The translations under genes and the position numbers were made by a program. A DNA stretch of 11,874 nt from Candidatus Omnitrophota bacterium (lineage in GTDB: Bacteria > Omnitrophota > Omnitrophia > Omnitrophales > Aquincolibacteriaceae): contig JAZDJU010000082.1 in NCBI GenBank assembly GCA_043803685.1, positions 1 to 11,874 of the forward strand. Direction: 5' to 3'. The notes beneath the pieces are model-generated. The model saw nothing but the letters and a program-made list of their open reading frames with translations. It was not told the DNA's origin and made no database searches. The first letter of the stretch is position 1; each line of letters opens with the position of its first letter. Below are positions 1 to 8,165 of the stretch, piece after piece.

Positions 1-773
1 TCTATAGCGGCAAGTATCCGCAGAGCAGCTTCTTTGGGATCAGGAGCCTGCGTAATGGGACGGCCAACAACGATATGATCTGAACCGGCCTTTAGGGCTT
101 TCTCAGGCGTGAAGATCCTCTTCTGGTCCCCCTTGTCCGCACCCGTCGGCCGGATACCGGGGGTCACGATTAAAAAATCCTGCTTAAACTTTTTGCGGAC
201 CCAAGCCGTTTCCTCGGGCGAACAAACGATCCCGTCCAGTCCCGCTTTCTTCGCCAAACCCGCCAGGTGCAGAACCTCTTCTTTCACGCTCCCCCGAACC
301 CGGAGGTCGCGCGAGAGCGACTTCTGGTCATGGCTCGTCAGAACGGTCACGGCGATCAACTTCGGTTTCTTGACACATCCCGAGGAATATTTTTCCACTG
401 CCTCACGGGCCATCTTCATCATCTCAAATCCCCCGAGCGCATGCACATTCACAATGTCCACTTCATGCTCGCATACGGCCGCAAGCGTCCGGCTCACAGT
501 GTTCGGAATATCGTGAAGCTTGAGATCCAGGAAGACGCGCCCTCCGTAATTTTTCACCATGTTCACGGCTTTCCAGCCATGCGCTGTAAAAAGCTCGAGG
601 CCTACCTTGTAAAAAGAGACCACACCCTTCAGCTCCGAAAGCCATTGCTCGGCTACTTTAAGCGTCGGCGCATCAAGCGCTACGATCAAACGATCCCTCG
701 CGGAGGAAACGTTCGAGCTCCCACGATCATTCTGAAAACATTTCCGTCGGGCATGACCCGAAGTTCTTTTCAT
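1..773 (-). CDS. pyrF: Orotidine-5'-phosphate decarboxylase (3' end outside window)
   Basis: Not in the ORF track. Manual translation from ATG 773 (ATGA overlap with the pyrD stop) gives MKRTSGH...DRLIVALDAP...FYKVGLELF...FLDLKLHDIPNTV...IVVGRPITQAPDP. The DxKxxDIxxT signature is present and no stop was seen before position 1. An alternative in-frame ATG lies at 782. Confidence 0.96.
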   Translation of the reverse strand, partial: MKRTSGHARRKCFQNDRGSSNVSSARDRLIVALDAPTLKVAEQWLSELKGVVSFYKVGLELFTAHGWKAVNMVKNYGGRVFLDLKLHDIPNTVSRTLAAVCEHEVDIVNVHALGGFEMMKMAREAVEKYSSGCVKKPKLIAVTVLTSHDQKSLSRDLRVRGSVKEEVLHLAGLAKKAGLDGIVCSPEETAWVRKKFKQDFLIVTPGIRPTGADKGDQKRIFTPEKALKAGSDHIVVGRPITQAPDPKEAALRILAAI

Positions 774-1717
774 CGATTGCATCCCTCTCCTTTTTCATCA
801 GCCGGCACATAACTTCCCCGGAGATCTCCGAGCCGTACGATCTTTTCCTTGCGGCAAAACTCCTCAATCCCCGTCAGGATCTGGAGCGTCGCCTGCGGCT
901 CCACGAAATTCGCCGTCCCGATCGCCAGAAGGTCCGCACCAACAATCAGGAATTCCAGAGCATCCTGGGCGCTGGAGATACCGCCCGAAGCGATAACCGG
1001 GACCCGGAATTCTTTTTTGACCTGATAGACATAACGAAGCGCGACGGGTTTGATCGCCGGGCCGCTCAGTCCTCCGAAATCTTTCGCGATCCTGGAACTT
1101 CTCGTCCGAAGATCCACCGCCATGCCCCGCAATGTATTGATCAAACTGATCCCGTCCACTCCTTGCCCGATCACCTTGCCGGCAATATCAAGCACATCGC
1201 CGAGTTCCGGGGAGATCTTGGCGAAAACAAGAAGGTCGGTCTCGCCACACACAGCTTTTACAGCATCGAGGATCCGTTCCTGTTTTTTCATAGAATTGAC
1301 TCCCCCCGTCTCAACGTTCGGACAGGAAAGATTGACCTCAAGCGCCTTCACTACATCCTTCCGTCTCTCGAATGTCTTGGCGAGCTTGCCAAATTCCTCC
1401 GCGGACTCCCCGGCGATACTGACAATGAGCGGAACGCCGAGTTTCTTGAAGTAAGGGATCTTGTGTTCGATGAAATCCTCAAGACCTTTATTCTGGAGTC
1501 CAATCGCGTTGATCATTCCGGAGGGAGTTTCGCAGATACGCGGCATAGGATTCCCGGCACGCGCCTTGACCGTGATAGTCTTGGTGATGATCGCCCCGAG
1601 CTTCCGGGGATCCACATAACTGGCATATTCATCCGTAGTCCCATAAGTTCCGGACGCAACAGTGATGGGATTTTTCAGCCTAAGATTCTTGATCCGGGTC
1701 GTCAGGTCGACTCTCAT
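770..1717 (-). CDS. pyrD: Dihydroorotate dehydrogenase family 1B, catalytic subunit
   Basis: Motifs LKNPITVASGT, GNPMPR, NAIGLQN, NLSCPN (catalytic Cys), GGLSGPAIKP; directly follows pyrK with an ATGA overlap. Confidence 0.96.
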   Translation of the reverse strand: MRVDLTTRIKNLRLKNPITVASGTYGTTDEYASYVDPRKLGAIITKTITVKARAGNPMPRICETPSGMINAIGLQNKGLEDFIEHKIPYFKKLGVPLIVSIAGESAEEFGKLAKTFERRKDVVKALEVNLSCPNVETGGVNSMKKQERILDAVKAVCGETDLLVFAKISPELGDVLDIAGKVIGQGVDGISLINTLRGMAVDLRTRSSRIAKDFGGLSGPAIKPVALRYVYQVKKEFRVPVIASGGISSAQDALEFLIVGADLLAIGTANFVEPQATLQILTGIEEFCRKEKIVRLGDLRGSYVPADEKGEGCNR

Positions 1718-2487
1718 GTCTCAAGGTCCTCGAACTTAAAAACAGGACCGTCGGCACAGGCCCGTTTAAGGCCCGTTCTCGTCTTCACCATGCATCCGAG
1801 GCAGGCACCAACCCCGCAGGCCATACTTTCATCCCAAGACGCCTCACCTTCGACACCGTATTTGGCCGCAATCGCGATCACTGCCTCCATCATCCTCTTC
1901 GGCCCGCAGGTCTGGATGTAGAATTCCTCGGGATGTTGGTCTTTCAAGATCTCTTCGAGAAGTAGCGTCACCCGGCCTTTCGTGCCATACGAGCCATCCT
2001 CTGTGGTGAAAAGAAGTTGGGCCCGGACTTTTTTGAGTTCGGACTTCGACATGAGCTCGGCTTTGGATTTTGTGCCGACAAGAAGATAAGCCGTGGGATA
2101 TTTTTCAGCGAGAAAAACAAGCGGCGGAACGCCCACCCCGCCCGCGACCAGAATGCGCTTTTTCTTACCAAGGTCTTTGGTGAATGCGTTCCCAAGAGGC
2201 CCCATGACCCTGAGAAAGTCTCCCTTCTTCTTCCCGGAAAGAATAGAAGTACCGCGGCCCAGAACCTCGTAAAGAACCTCGACCCTTCCGGGAGAAACCC
2301 TAAAATAGCTAAAGGGACGCCTTAAAAATGGATCCTGCCCCTGGTTGACACGCACGTGAAGAAACTGCCCTGGCTTGATATCTTTTGAAAGAGCCTTGGA
2401 ACGAAAAACCAGCTTAAAATATTTTTCGTTCACCTTCTTGTTTTCAAGAAGAAGGACATCTTCGTCGTATTTTTTCGCCTTCATCAC
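1714..2487 (-). CDS. pyrK: Dihydroorotate dehydrogenase electron transfer subunit
   Basis: PGQF, LRRPFS (FAD), GPLGN, AGGVG, CGP and MACGVGACLGC...C ([2Fe-2S]). Start is GTG 2487 or ATG 2484. Confidence 0.95.
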   Translation of the reverse strand: MMKAKKYDEDVLLLENKKVNEKYFKLVFRSKALSKDIKPGQFLHVRVNQGQDPFLRRPFSYFRVSPGRVEVLYEVLGRGTSILSGKKKGDFLRVMGPLGNAFTKDLGKKKRILVAGGVGVPPLVFLAEKYPTAYLLVGTKSKAELMSKSELKKVRAQLLFTTEDGSYGTKGRVTLLLEEILKDQHPEEFYIQTCGPKRMMEAVIAIAAKYGVEGEASWDESMACGVGACLGCMVKTRTGLKRACADGPVFKFEDLET

Positions 2488-2597
2488 AGGATCCTGTTTC
2501 TCTCAATCGTTCCGCACATTCAAATCTTTTAGAATGTTATCAGATTGTCCATTTGATTCATATCTAGAATATCGTCTCGAGATCAAAAATCGAACGC

Positions 2598-4013
2598 TCA
2601 AACCAGATATCCTAACGATCTCAATTGATCCGAAAGCTCCCCATCCTCTTCGACCTTAATCAGAGCCTGAGAACCTATCTTTTCACGAACAGCCTCGTTG
2701 GAAACTCGGATATCATCAACCCTAGACCGCATTCGACGGGTAACATCTTTAAGACTCAAAGCTAGATTGTGCTGCTCGTGTGGATCTTTTGTCGCGTCAA
2801 AGAGACACTCGGTAATACCACCATTATGTTCATTCGAATAGACAAAATCGTTCTCAATGAATCGAATTCTGCCGCCTTCCCCATAACTGACGACAAGCGG
2901 CTGATACGTCCCTTGGTCCGTGATCAGAGGAGCAAAAGAGCCCCCTTGCATGGGGCCAAAATTTTTATATTTAATTTTCAAGAAATCAAGAATCGTCGGC
3001 AACAAATCCATGGTCCGCGCCCGGTCACGCACTTTTTTTCCGGAATAGCGCTTCCCCGGGAACTTAATGATCAGCGGCACATTCATAGTTTCAACGAACA
3101 TTCTCGTATGCTCCCGACCGCCATGCTCAAAGAATTCTTCCCCATGGTCAGAAATGAAAATAATAAGCGACTGATCATAAAGGCCTTCTTTTTTAAGGAT
3201 CTCGATCATTTCCCCAAACAGATGATCCTCGTAATAGATCGCGCCATCATAGAGCGATACCAGATGGGCCCGATGCCGTGGATTGCTCAGATCCACTTTC
3301 TTCCAAAAATCATCGTAAAAATCACCGCACTTCCCGTCGGCCGGAAGATCATAACGAGACACGGGAAAGTCCTGAACACTATCCGTTAAATATTTCATAC
3401 TATATTCAGGAGGCGCTTGGAGATAAGGGAAGTGACAAATATAATTATGCAGAAAAAGAAAAAAAGGCTTGCGCATCTGTTTGCTGTTCATAATGGCATG
3501 GCGAACATCTTCAATTCCCGTGTTAAAGCTGTCCCAGAAACAATAAAAATCAAACCCCTTATCAAAACCCAATCTGCCGACAACGCTCCCCCCCCCATGT
3601 AACCCTATGGTTTGATAACCATGCCTGCGCAGAATTTGCGGCAAAGTCTGGATCTTTTCATCCAAGCGCATATTCGTGACTTTCCGGCCATCCCCCGAAG
3701 GGTTGGATGTCAAGAGATGGACCCAAGGCGTCAGGCCCGTGAATATGGACATAAAAGCAGGGGTGGTCAGGTTCGCCTGACTAATAGCCTTTTCAAACAA
3801 AACCGAGTCCTTTGCGAAAGCATCCACATGGGGAGAGGTTTTTCGAGGATAACCGTAACAACTCAGATGGTCGGCACGCAGCGTATCGACCGCGAAAATA
3901 ATGATATTGGGAGGGATCGGACGACGGAGATGCAAAAAAAGAACAACCACTAAAAAAATACCCGAGACCGCCACTATCCCGGCTGCAAATACTCTGACTT
4001 TGGATAATGGCAA
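2598..4013 (-). CDS. Membrane-anchored sulfatase-like hydrolase/transferase (alkaline phosphatase superfamily)
   Basis: N-terminal hydrophobic helix, PNIIIFAVDTLRADHL, LTTPAFMSIFTG, YDGAI, SDHGEEF, DPHEQHNL and C-terminal LRSLGY. GGAGGT lies 8 nt before a TTG start. Confidence 0.88.
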   Translation of the reverse strand: MPLSKVRVFAAGIVAVSGIFLVVVLFLHLRRPIPPNIIIFAVDTLRADHLSCYGYPRKTSPHVDAFAKDSVLFEKAISQANLTTPAFMSIFTGLTPWVHLLTSNPSGDGRKVTNMRLDEKIQTLPQILRRHGYQTIGLHGGGSVVGRLGFDKGFDFYCFWDSFNTGIEDVRHAIMNSKQMRKPFFLFLHNYICHFPYLQAPPEYSMKYLTDSVQDFPVSRYDLPADGKCGDFYDDFWKKVDLSNPRHRAHLVSLYDGAIYYEDHLFGEMIEILKKEGLYDQSLIIFISDHGEEFFEHGGREHTRMFVETMNVPLIIKFPGKRYSGKKVRDRARTMDLLPTILDFLKIKYKNFGPMQGGSFAPLITDQGTYQPLVVSYGEGGRIRFIENDFVYSNEHNGGITECLFDATKDPHEQHNLALSLKDVTRRMRSRVDDIRVSNEAVREKIGSQALIKVEEDGELSDQLRSLGYLV

Positions 4014-4086
4014 ATGGCGTTACCTCCGATTCATCGCGTGCTTTTTCATTTGACTCCCGCTTTCCGTTCTATCCATGCTACAGACA

Positions 4087-5388
4087 TCACAGAACGTACT
4101 GATATCCCTTCACGAACGTATGGAGGACCTTCCCCTTGAGTTTTTTTCCATAAAAACATGAATTCCTGGATTTTGACTGAACGTCGTCCTCACCAAAAAC
4201 CCAGTCCTTGTCGATATCCACCAGAATAAAATTAGCCTGTTCGCCGATCTTAAGTCTTCCAAAATTCGCCTTCTTCAGGATCTCCGACGGTGTAAGGCTC
4301 ATTTTTTTCACAATGTCTTCCAACTTCCATTTCCGGCCATGAAAAAGTTCCGTCATGATGACCCCGAAAGCTGATTCCAATCCGATCGCCCCAAAGGGGG
4401 CCGTTTCGATATCGCGATCCTTTTCCTCAAGCGCGTGAGGCGCATGGTCCGTTGCAATTGCGTCGATCGTACCGTCCTCCAACCCCGCCATGATGGCTTG
4501 ACGATCTCTTTCAGTTCGAAGTGGCGGATTCATTTTGTAAAAGGTGTCGTAATTAACGAACTCCTCATCCGTCAGCGCAATATGGTGCGGCGTCGCCTCG
4601 GCGGTGATCGGCAAACCCTCCGCTTTCGCACGCCGTATCATGTCGACAGCCCCGCGCGTCGAAACATGCTGAAAGTGAAGCTGACATTTGATGAGCCGGA
4701 CTAGTTCAATATCCCTGGCCGTAGCAATATCTTCGGCGGCGTTGGGAGAACCTCGCAGACCCAGCTTCGAAGAAACGATCCCTTCGTTCATCACGCCATT
4801 CACGCTGATCGAATGATCTTCGGCGTGCGACATGATCGGCAATCCGTAGGTCGCGGCATACTCGTAAACACGGCGCGCTACACCAGAATCCACGACCCAA
4901 CCCCCGTCATCGGTGACAGCCACAGCCCCGGCCGCCTTCATTTCTGCCATTTCCGAGATCTTCTTGCCTTCCCTTCCTTGCGTCAGCGTCCCGGCCGGAA
5001 AGATATTAAAGTTCAGTACGTTCGCGCGCTCCATTTGGTATTTCACGACCTGGGCATTATCGCAGGCCGGCTTCGTGTTCGGCATGGTCACGCAAGCCAC
5101 AAAACCGCCCGCGATCGCGGCCTGAGCCCCAGTCTCGATCGTTTCTTTATGCTCGTAACCAGGTTCGCGAAAATGGACATGAAGATCCACCAGTCCCGGA
5201 AGAAGATGGCGCTTCTTAGCATCCAGGATCTCCGCTTCCTCCGCCGCAAGATCTTTACCCCATTTTACGATCCGGTGGCTTTTGACATGAAGGTCCATCA
5301 CTTCATCGATCTTGTTCGCAGGGTCCACGATATGGGCATTCCGGATGATCAGGTTCTTGACGGATTGCCCGTTCAGTTTATTTTTCAT
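4087..5388 (-). CDS. pyrC: Dihydroorotase (multifunctional-complex type)
   Basis: PGLVDLHVHFREPG, MPNT, SHAED, HVST, KMNPPLR, ATDHAPH; metal ligands appear intact. Overlaps the end of pyrB by 11 nt. Confidence 0.96.
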   Translation of the reverse strand: MKNKLNGQSVKNLIIRNAHIVDPANKIDEVMDLHVKSHRIVKWGKDLAAEEAEILDAKKRHLLPGLVDLHVHFREPGYEHKETIETGAQAAIAGGFVACVTMPNTKPACDNAQVVKYQMERANVLNFNIFPAGTLTQGREGKKISEMAEMKAAGAVAVTDDGGWVVDSGVARRVYEYAATYGLPIMSHAEDHSISVNGVMNEGIVSSKLGLRGSPNAAEDIATARDIELVRLIKCQLHFQHVSTRGAVDMIRRAKAEGLPITAEATPHHIALTDEEFVNYDTFYKMNPPLRTERDRQAIMAGLEDGTIDAIATDHAPHALEEKDRDIETAPFGAIGLESAFGVIMTELFHGRKWKLEDIVKKMSLTPSEILKKANFGRLKIGEQANFILVDIDKDWVFGEDDVQSKSRNSCFYGKKLKGKVLHTFVKGYQYVL

Positions 5389-6328
5389 TTTTCAGCGCCC
5401 CGCTCAGGAGATAAAGGACCGCCATACGAACTGCGATCCCGTTGGTCACTTGTTTAAGAATATAAGACTGCGGACTATCCGCGAGAGCGCTCTCAATTTC
5501 AACGCCGCGATTCACCGGACCGGGATGCATCAGGATCGCGTCAGGTTTCGCGCATTTAAAAAGCTCGGTATTCATCCCGAAAGTGCTCGCGTATTCACGG
5601 ATGCTCGGGAATAGCGTCTCATTCTGCCTTTCCATCTGGATCCGGAGAAGGGTCACGGCGTCCGCGCCATCGATCGCCCTCTTCACGTCGTGGATAACCT
5701 TCACGCCGAGTTCCTCGATCCCCCACGGAATGAGCGTCTTTGGTCCGCAGATAACGACCTCCGCGCCAAGCTTTGTCAGTCCCCAAACATTCGAACGCGC
5801 CACACGGGAATGCAGAATGTCTCCGACAAAAACGACCTTAAGACCCTTGATCTTCCCTTTGATCTCACGGAGCGTGAACATATCCAAAAGTCCCTGCGTC
5901 GGATGCTCGTTGATACCATCTCCTGCATTAACGATCCCGCATTTTGTGTAATTGGAAACGCGATGCGGGGCCCCCGTGGAACCGTGCCGCATGACAATAA
6001 TATCCACTTTGAGCGCCTCGATATTCGCGATCGTATCCCATAGGGATTCGCCCTTCGTCATACTGGAGCCGGCGCTTGCCATGCTGATGGTGTCCGCGCT
6101 TAATCGTTTTTCCGCGAGTTCGAAAGAAACGCGCGTCCGGGTGCTCGGCTCGAGAAAAAGATTCACCACGGTCTTGCCGCGCATGACCGGAACTTTCTTG
6201 ACCTCTCTTTGGGAAACTTCACCAAAAGATTTCGCGGTATCCAGGATCAGCGTGATCTCTTCCGCGGAAAGATCTCGCAGTCCGAGAAGGTCTTTTCGTT
6301 TCCAGGTAAGTTTCCCGTTCTGTGTCAT
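5378..6328 (-). CDS. pyrB: Aspartate carbamoyltransferase catalytic subunit
   Basis: [49 protein letters not shown]. Confidence 0.97.
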   Translation of the reverse strand: MTQNGKLTWKRKDLLGLRDLSAEEITLILDTAKSFGEVSQREVKKVPVMRGKTVVNLFLEPSTRTRVSFELAEKRLSADTISMASAGSSMTKGESLWDTIANIEALKVDIIVMRHGSTGAPHRVSNYTKCGIVNAGDGINEHPTQGLLDMFTLREIKGKIKGLKVVFVGDILHSRVARSNVWGLTKLGAEVVICGPKTLIPWGIEELGVKVIHDVKRAIDGADAVTLLRIQMERQNETLFPSIREYASTFGMNTELFKCAKPDAILMHPGPVNRGVEIESALADSPQSYILKQVTNGIAVRMAVLYLLSGALKNEK

Positions 6329-6873
6329 AGCCTGCCGCCTCCGGAGATCACCGCTTCGTCTTTTCCGTCCGCTTCCTTCAAACGAATAATAATTTTATCC
6401 TGGATCGAGGTGGGAACATTCTTCCCTACATAGTCCGCCTTGATGGGCAATTCCCGGTGTCCGCGATCGACAAGCACCGCAAGTTGAATGGCCTGGGGTC
6501 TTCCGAAATCGATGAGCCCGTCAAGCGCAGCGCGGATGGTCCTGCCCGTAAAAAGAACGTCATCGACCAGGATCACGATCTTGTCCTTAAGATCAAAAGG
6601 AATATTCGTTTCGCGAAGCTCGGGTTTGGGACCTATCTCGCTCAGATCATCGCGATAAAGAGTAATATCGAGAATGCCAAGGGGAATCTCTTTCTTCTCG
6701 ATCTCGGAAAGTTTCTTCTGAAGCCGCTCGGCAAGGAGAACGCCGCGGCTTCGAATACCGACGAGCGTAAGGTGGGCCGTTCCCTGATTCCGCTCGAGGA
6801 TCTCATGAGCAATCCGGGCAAGCGCCCGTTCGATCCCCCCCTCGTCAAGAACCTGCTTTTCGGGAGAGGTCAC
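6325..6873 (-). CDS. pyrR: Pyrimidine operon attenuation regulator / uracil phosphoribosyltransferase
   Basis: [53 protein letters not shown] start, ATGA overlap with pyrB. Confidence 0.97.
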   Translation of the reverse strand: MTSPEKQVLDEGGIERALARIAHEILERNQGTAHLTLVGIRSRGVLLAERLQKKLSEIEKKEIPLGILDITLYRDDLSEIGPKPELRETNIPFDLKDKIVILVDDVLFTGRTIRAALDGLIDFGRPQAIQLAVLVDRGHRELPIKADYVGKNVPTSIQDKIIIRLKEADGKDEAVISGGGRL

Positions 6874-6913
6874 AGGAGCTCCGGACTAGCCACTAAAACA
6901 TTGTCGGACAGGC

Positions 6914-6945
6914 AAAAAAATACCCCGCGTCTGTTTGCGGGGGCA
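6914..6945 (-). terminator. Intrinsic terminator (attenuator) in the pyr leader
   Basis: Minus strand reads TGCCCCCGC-AAACAGAC-GCGGGGTA-TTTTTTT, about 40 nt upstream of the pyrR start. Confidence 0.85.
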
Positions 6946-6975
6946 CTATGGGGAAATTTCGTATTCATTTTTCCA

Positions 6976-7008
6976 CCTTTGTCGGCGTCTCAGCGCCGTC
7001 TTAAAAGG
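6976..7008 (-). promoter_or_regulatory. PyrR-binding stem-loop (anti-antiterminator)
   Basis: Minus strand reads CCUUUUAAGA-CGGCG-CUGAGA-CGCCG-ACAAAGG: lower CCUUU/AAAGG stem, UUUAA motif and CNGNGA hexaloop, as in known PyrR sites. Confidence 0.85.
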
Positions 7009-7035
7009 AGTTAGAATCGCGCGTCTCTGAACAGA

Positions 7036-7064
7036 AAGTTACCCGTTCCTTCCTCCTTTGTCAA
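7036..7064 (-). promoter_or_regulatory. Sigma70-type promoter of the pyr operon
   Basis: TTGACA (7064-7059), 17-nt spacer, TAACTT (7041-7036); predicted start near 7029, just upstream of the PyrR site. Confidence 0.7.
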
Positions 7065-7080
7065 GCCTTACAAAAAAAAT

Positions 7081-7572
7081 GAGAAGGCCTTCTCTATAAG
7101 CCGAGTTCTGTCCCCACTCTTGCGAGCGGAGGATGACCATCTATCTTGGACCGCCATTACTGGCAGCCTCGGTCGGCTTACCCGACGAGGTTCCCGCCTT
7201 GCGACGGAATAGGAACGGGCCGTTCCCGCTTTCGCTCCTCATCATGTTTAGCCTTTCTTCACGTAGAGATTGCCGCGTTTCACCTCTACTCCGCGTCGTC
7301 CTTATCGGCGACGCTCTGCAGGAGCTAGCCCCTCTATCGCTAGAAGGATTCATTCCTGCGTAGCCCTGCCCTTACGGACAGGGCGAAGCAGAACTCGTCT
7401 CTGTGGCTCTGATCCGTTCCACGATCGACCCTCTTTAAGAAGGATCGATCCCGGAAGGTGGGCGTTACCCACTACGATGCCCTATGAAGCTCGGACTTTC
7501 CTCCCACAGCGGTTGGACAGGTCGTTTCCCGTCTCTCATCATCTGTGCGCGGTCATCCGAGAAGGCCTTCTC
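7081..7572 (-). ncRNA. rnpB: RNase P RNA
   Basis: Universal motifs GAGGAAAGUCCGAGC and ACAGAACUCGGCUUAUA (P4, with matching CCGAG/CUCGG), P2 GAUGACC/GGUCAUC, AGAGCCACAGAGA, GGUGAAAC, P6 GGGC/GCCC, P18 with GUAA loop, P19 with GCAA loop, 14-15 bp P1. Confidence 0.96.
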
Positions 7573-7614
7573 AAAAAACCGGATGTTCGGTCAAAGAACA
7601 AAAAACAAAGCGCG

Positions 7615-7968
7615 CTAAATCCGTGCGTCCCCTCGTAACATCTCGAGTTGCTCTTTGGAAAATTCTGCCCAGCTAGTTCCCGGGAACTTCTTTATAACCA
7701 GCTCAAAGCTCTCGCGAGCGTTGTCTCGATTTCCGGAGAGCGCATAACTTTTCGCCACATAATATTCCGCGATCGCGGACAGGGTCCCTTGAGGATGGGA
7801 TGTCAGATATTCCTGATACTTCTCGATCGCCTTGGGATAATTCCCCTTTTTATAGAAAGTCTCAGCCTCGGAGTAAGGCCCAAAGGAATACTTCGGAGAA
7901 CTTGACGCACACGAGGCGAACATCACACCCAAAAGCGCCACCACCGCAAAAAGCCGCATCTTCTCCAT
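7615..7968 (-). CDS. Small TPR-like lipoprotein (BamD/CpoB-like repeat)
   Basis: Signal peptide with lipobox FAS-C, then YSEAETFYKKGNYPKAIEKYQEYL..HPQG..AEYYVAKSY...FELVIKKFPGTSWA. Start placed at ATG 7968 behind GAGGGGG rather than at 7986. Confidence 0.8.
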   Translation of the reverse strand: MEKMRLFAVVALLGVMFASCASSSPKYSFGPYSEAETFYKKGNYPKAIEKYQEYLTSHPQGTLSAIAEYYVAKSYALSGNRDNARESFELVIKKFPGTSWAEFSKEQLEMLRGDARI

Positions 7969-8015
7969 ACAAAACCCCCTCAGCATTTGAGATGCAAAAA
8001 AGAACTGACGTTGAA

Positions 8016-8045
8016 AGTCTACTTTTCATCCCCGAAAAGTGTCAA
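8016..8045 (-). promoter_or_regulatory. Candidate sigma70 promoter for the lipoprotein gene (and possibly rnpB)
   Basis: TTGACA (8045-8040), 18-nt spacer, TAGACT (8021-8016). Confidence 0.55.
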
Positions 8046-8091
8046 GAAGGAAAAGTTCATCCACCACACATCCTACCCCATGTAAAACGTG

Positions 8092-8165
8092 TGGGCCCAC
8101 CTGGACTCGAACCAGGAACCAAAGGATTATGAGTCCTCTGCTCTAACCGATTGAGCTATAGGCCC
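8092..8165 (-). tRNA. tRNA-Ile2 (anticodon CAU, lysidine type); CCA not encoded
   Basis: GGGCCUA UA GCUC AAUCGGUUA GAGC A GAGGA CUCAUAA UCCUU UGGUU CCUGG UUCGAGU CCAGG UGGGCCC A forms a full cloverleaf. C4:G69 and C5:G68 match TilS determinants. It has neither the C1 mismatch nor the GGG/CCC anticodon stem of fMet. Confidence 0.92.

Noticed and set aside
2488..2597. Internal promoter or terminator before pyrK
   Set aside because: The gap is AT-rich but has no convincing -35/-10 pair or hairpin with a U-tract.
109..7014. Many plus-strand and alternative-frame ORFs over the pyr operon
   Set aside because: They are shadows of well-supported minus-strand genes and carry no recognisable motifs.
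7081..7572. 14-bp direct repeat as target-site duplication, att site or CRISPR repeat
   Set aside because: There are only two copies and they are the P1 strands of rnpB. No array or cas gene is present.
7133..7638. ORFs of 60-122 aa overlapping rnpB
   Set aside because: The region is fully explained by the RNase P RNA.
7800..8132. Plus-strand ORF ending VGPPGLEPGTKGL
   Set aside because: This is the typical antisense translation of a tRNA T-arm, and the ORF also overlaps the lipoprotein gene.
8092..8165. Assignment as tRNA-Met or fMet from the CAU anticodon
   Set aside because: Initiator features are absent and the acceptor stem fits Ile2. Elongator Met is less likely but not formally excluded.
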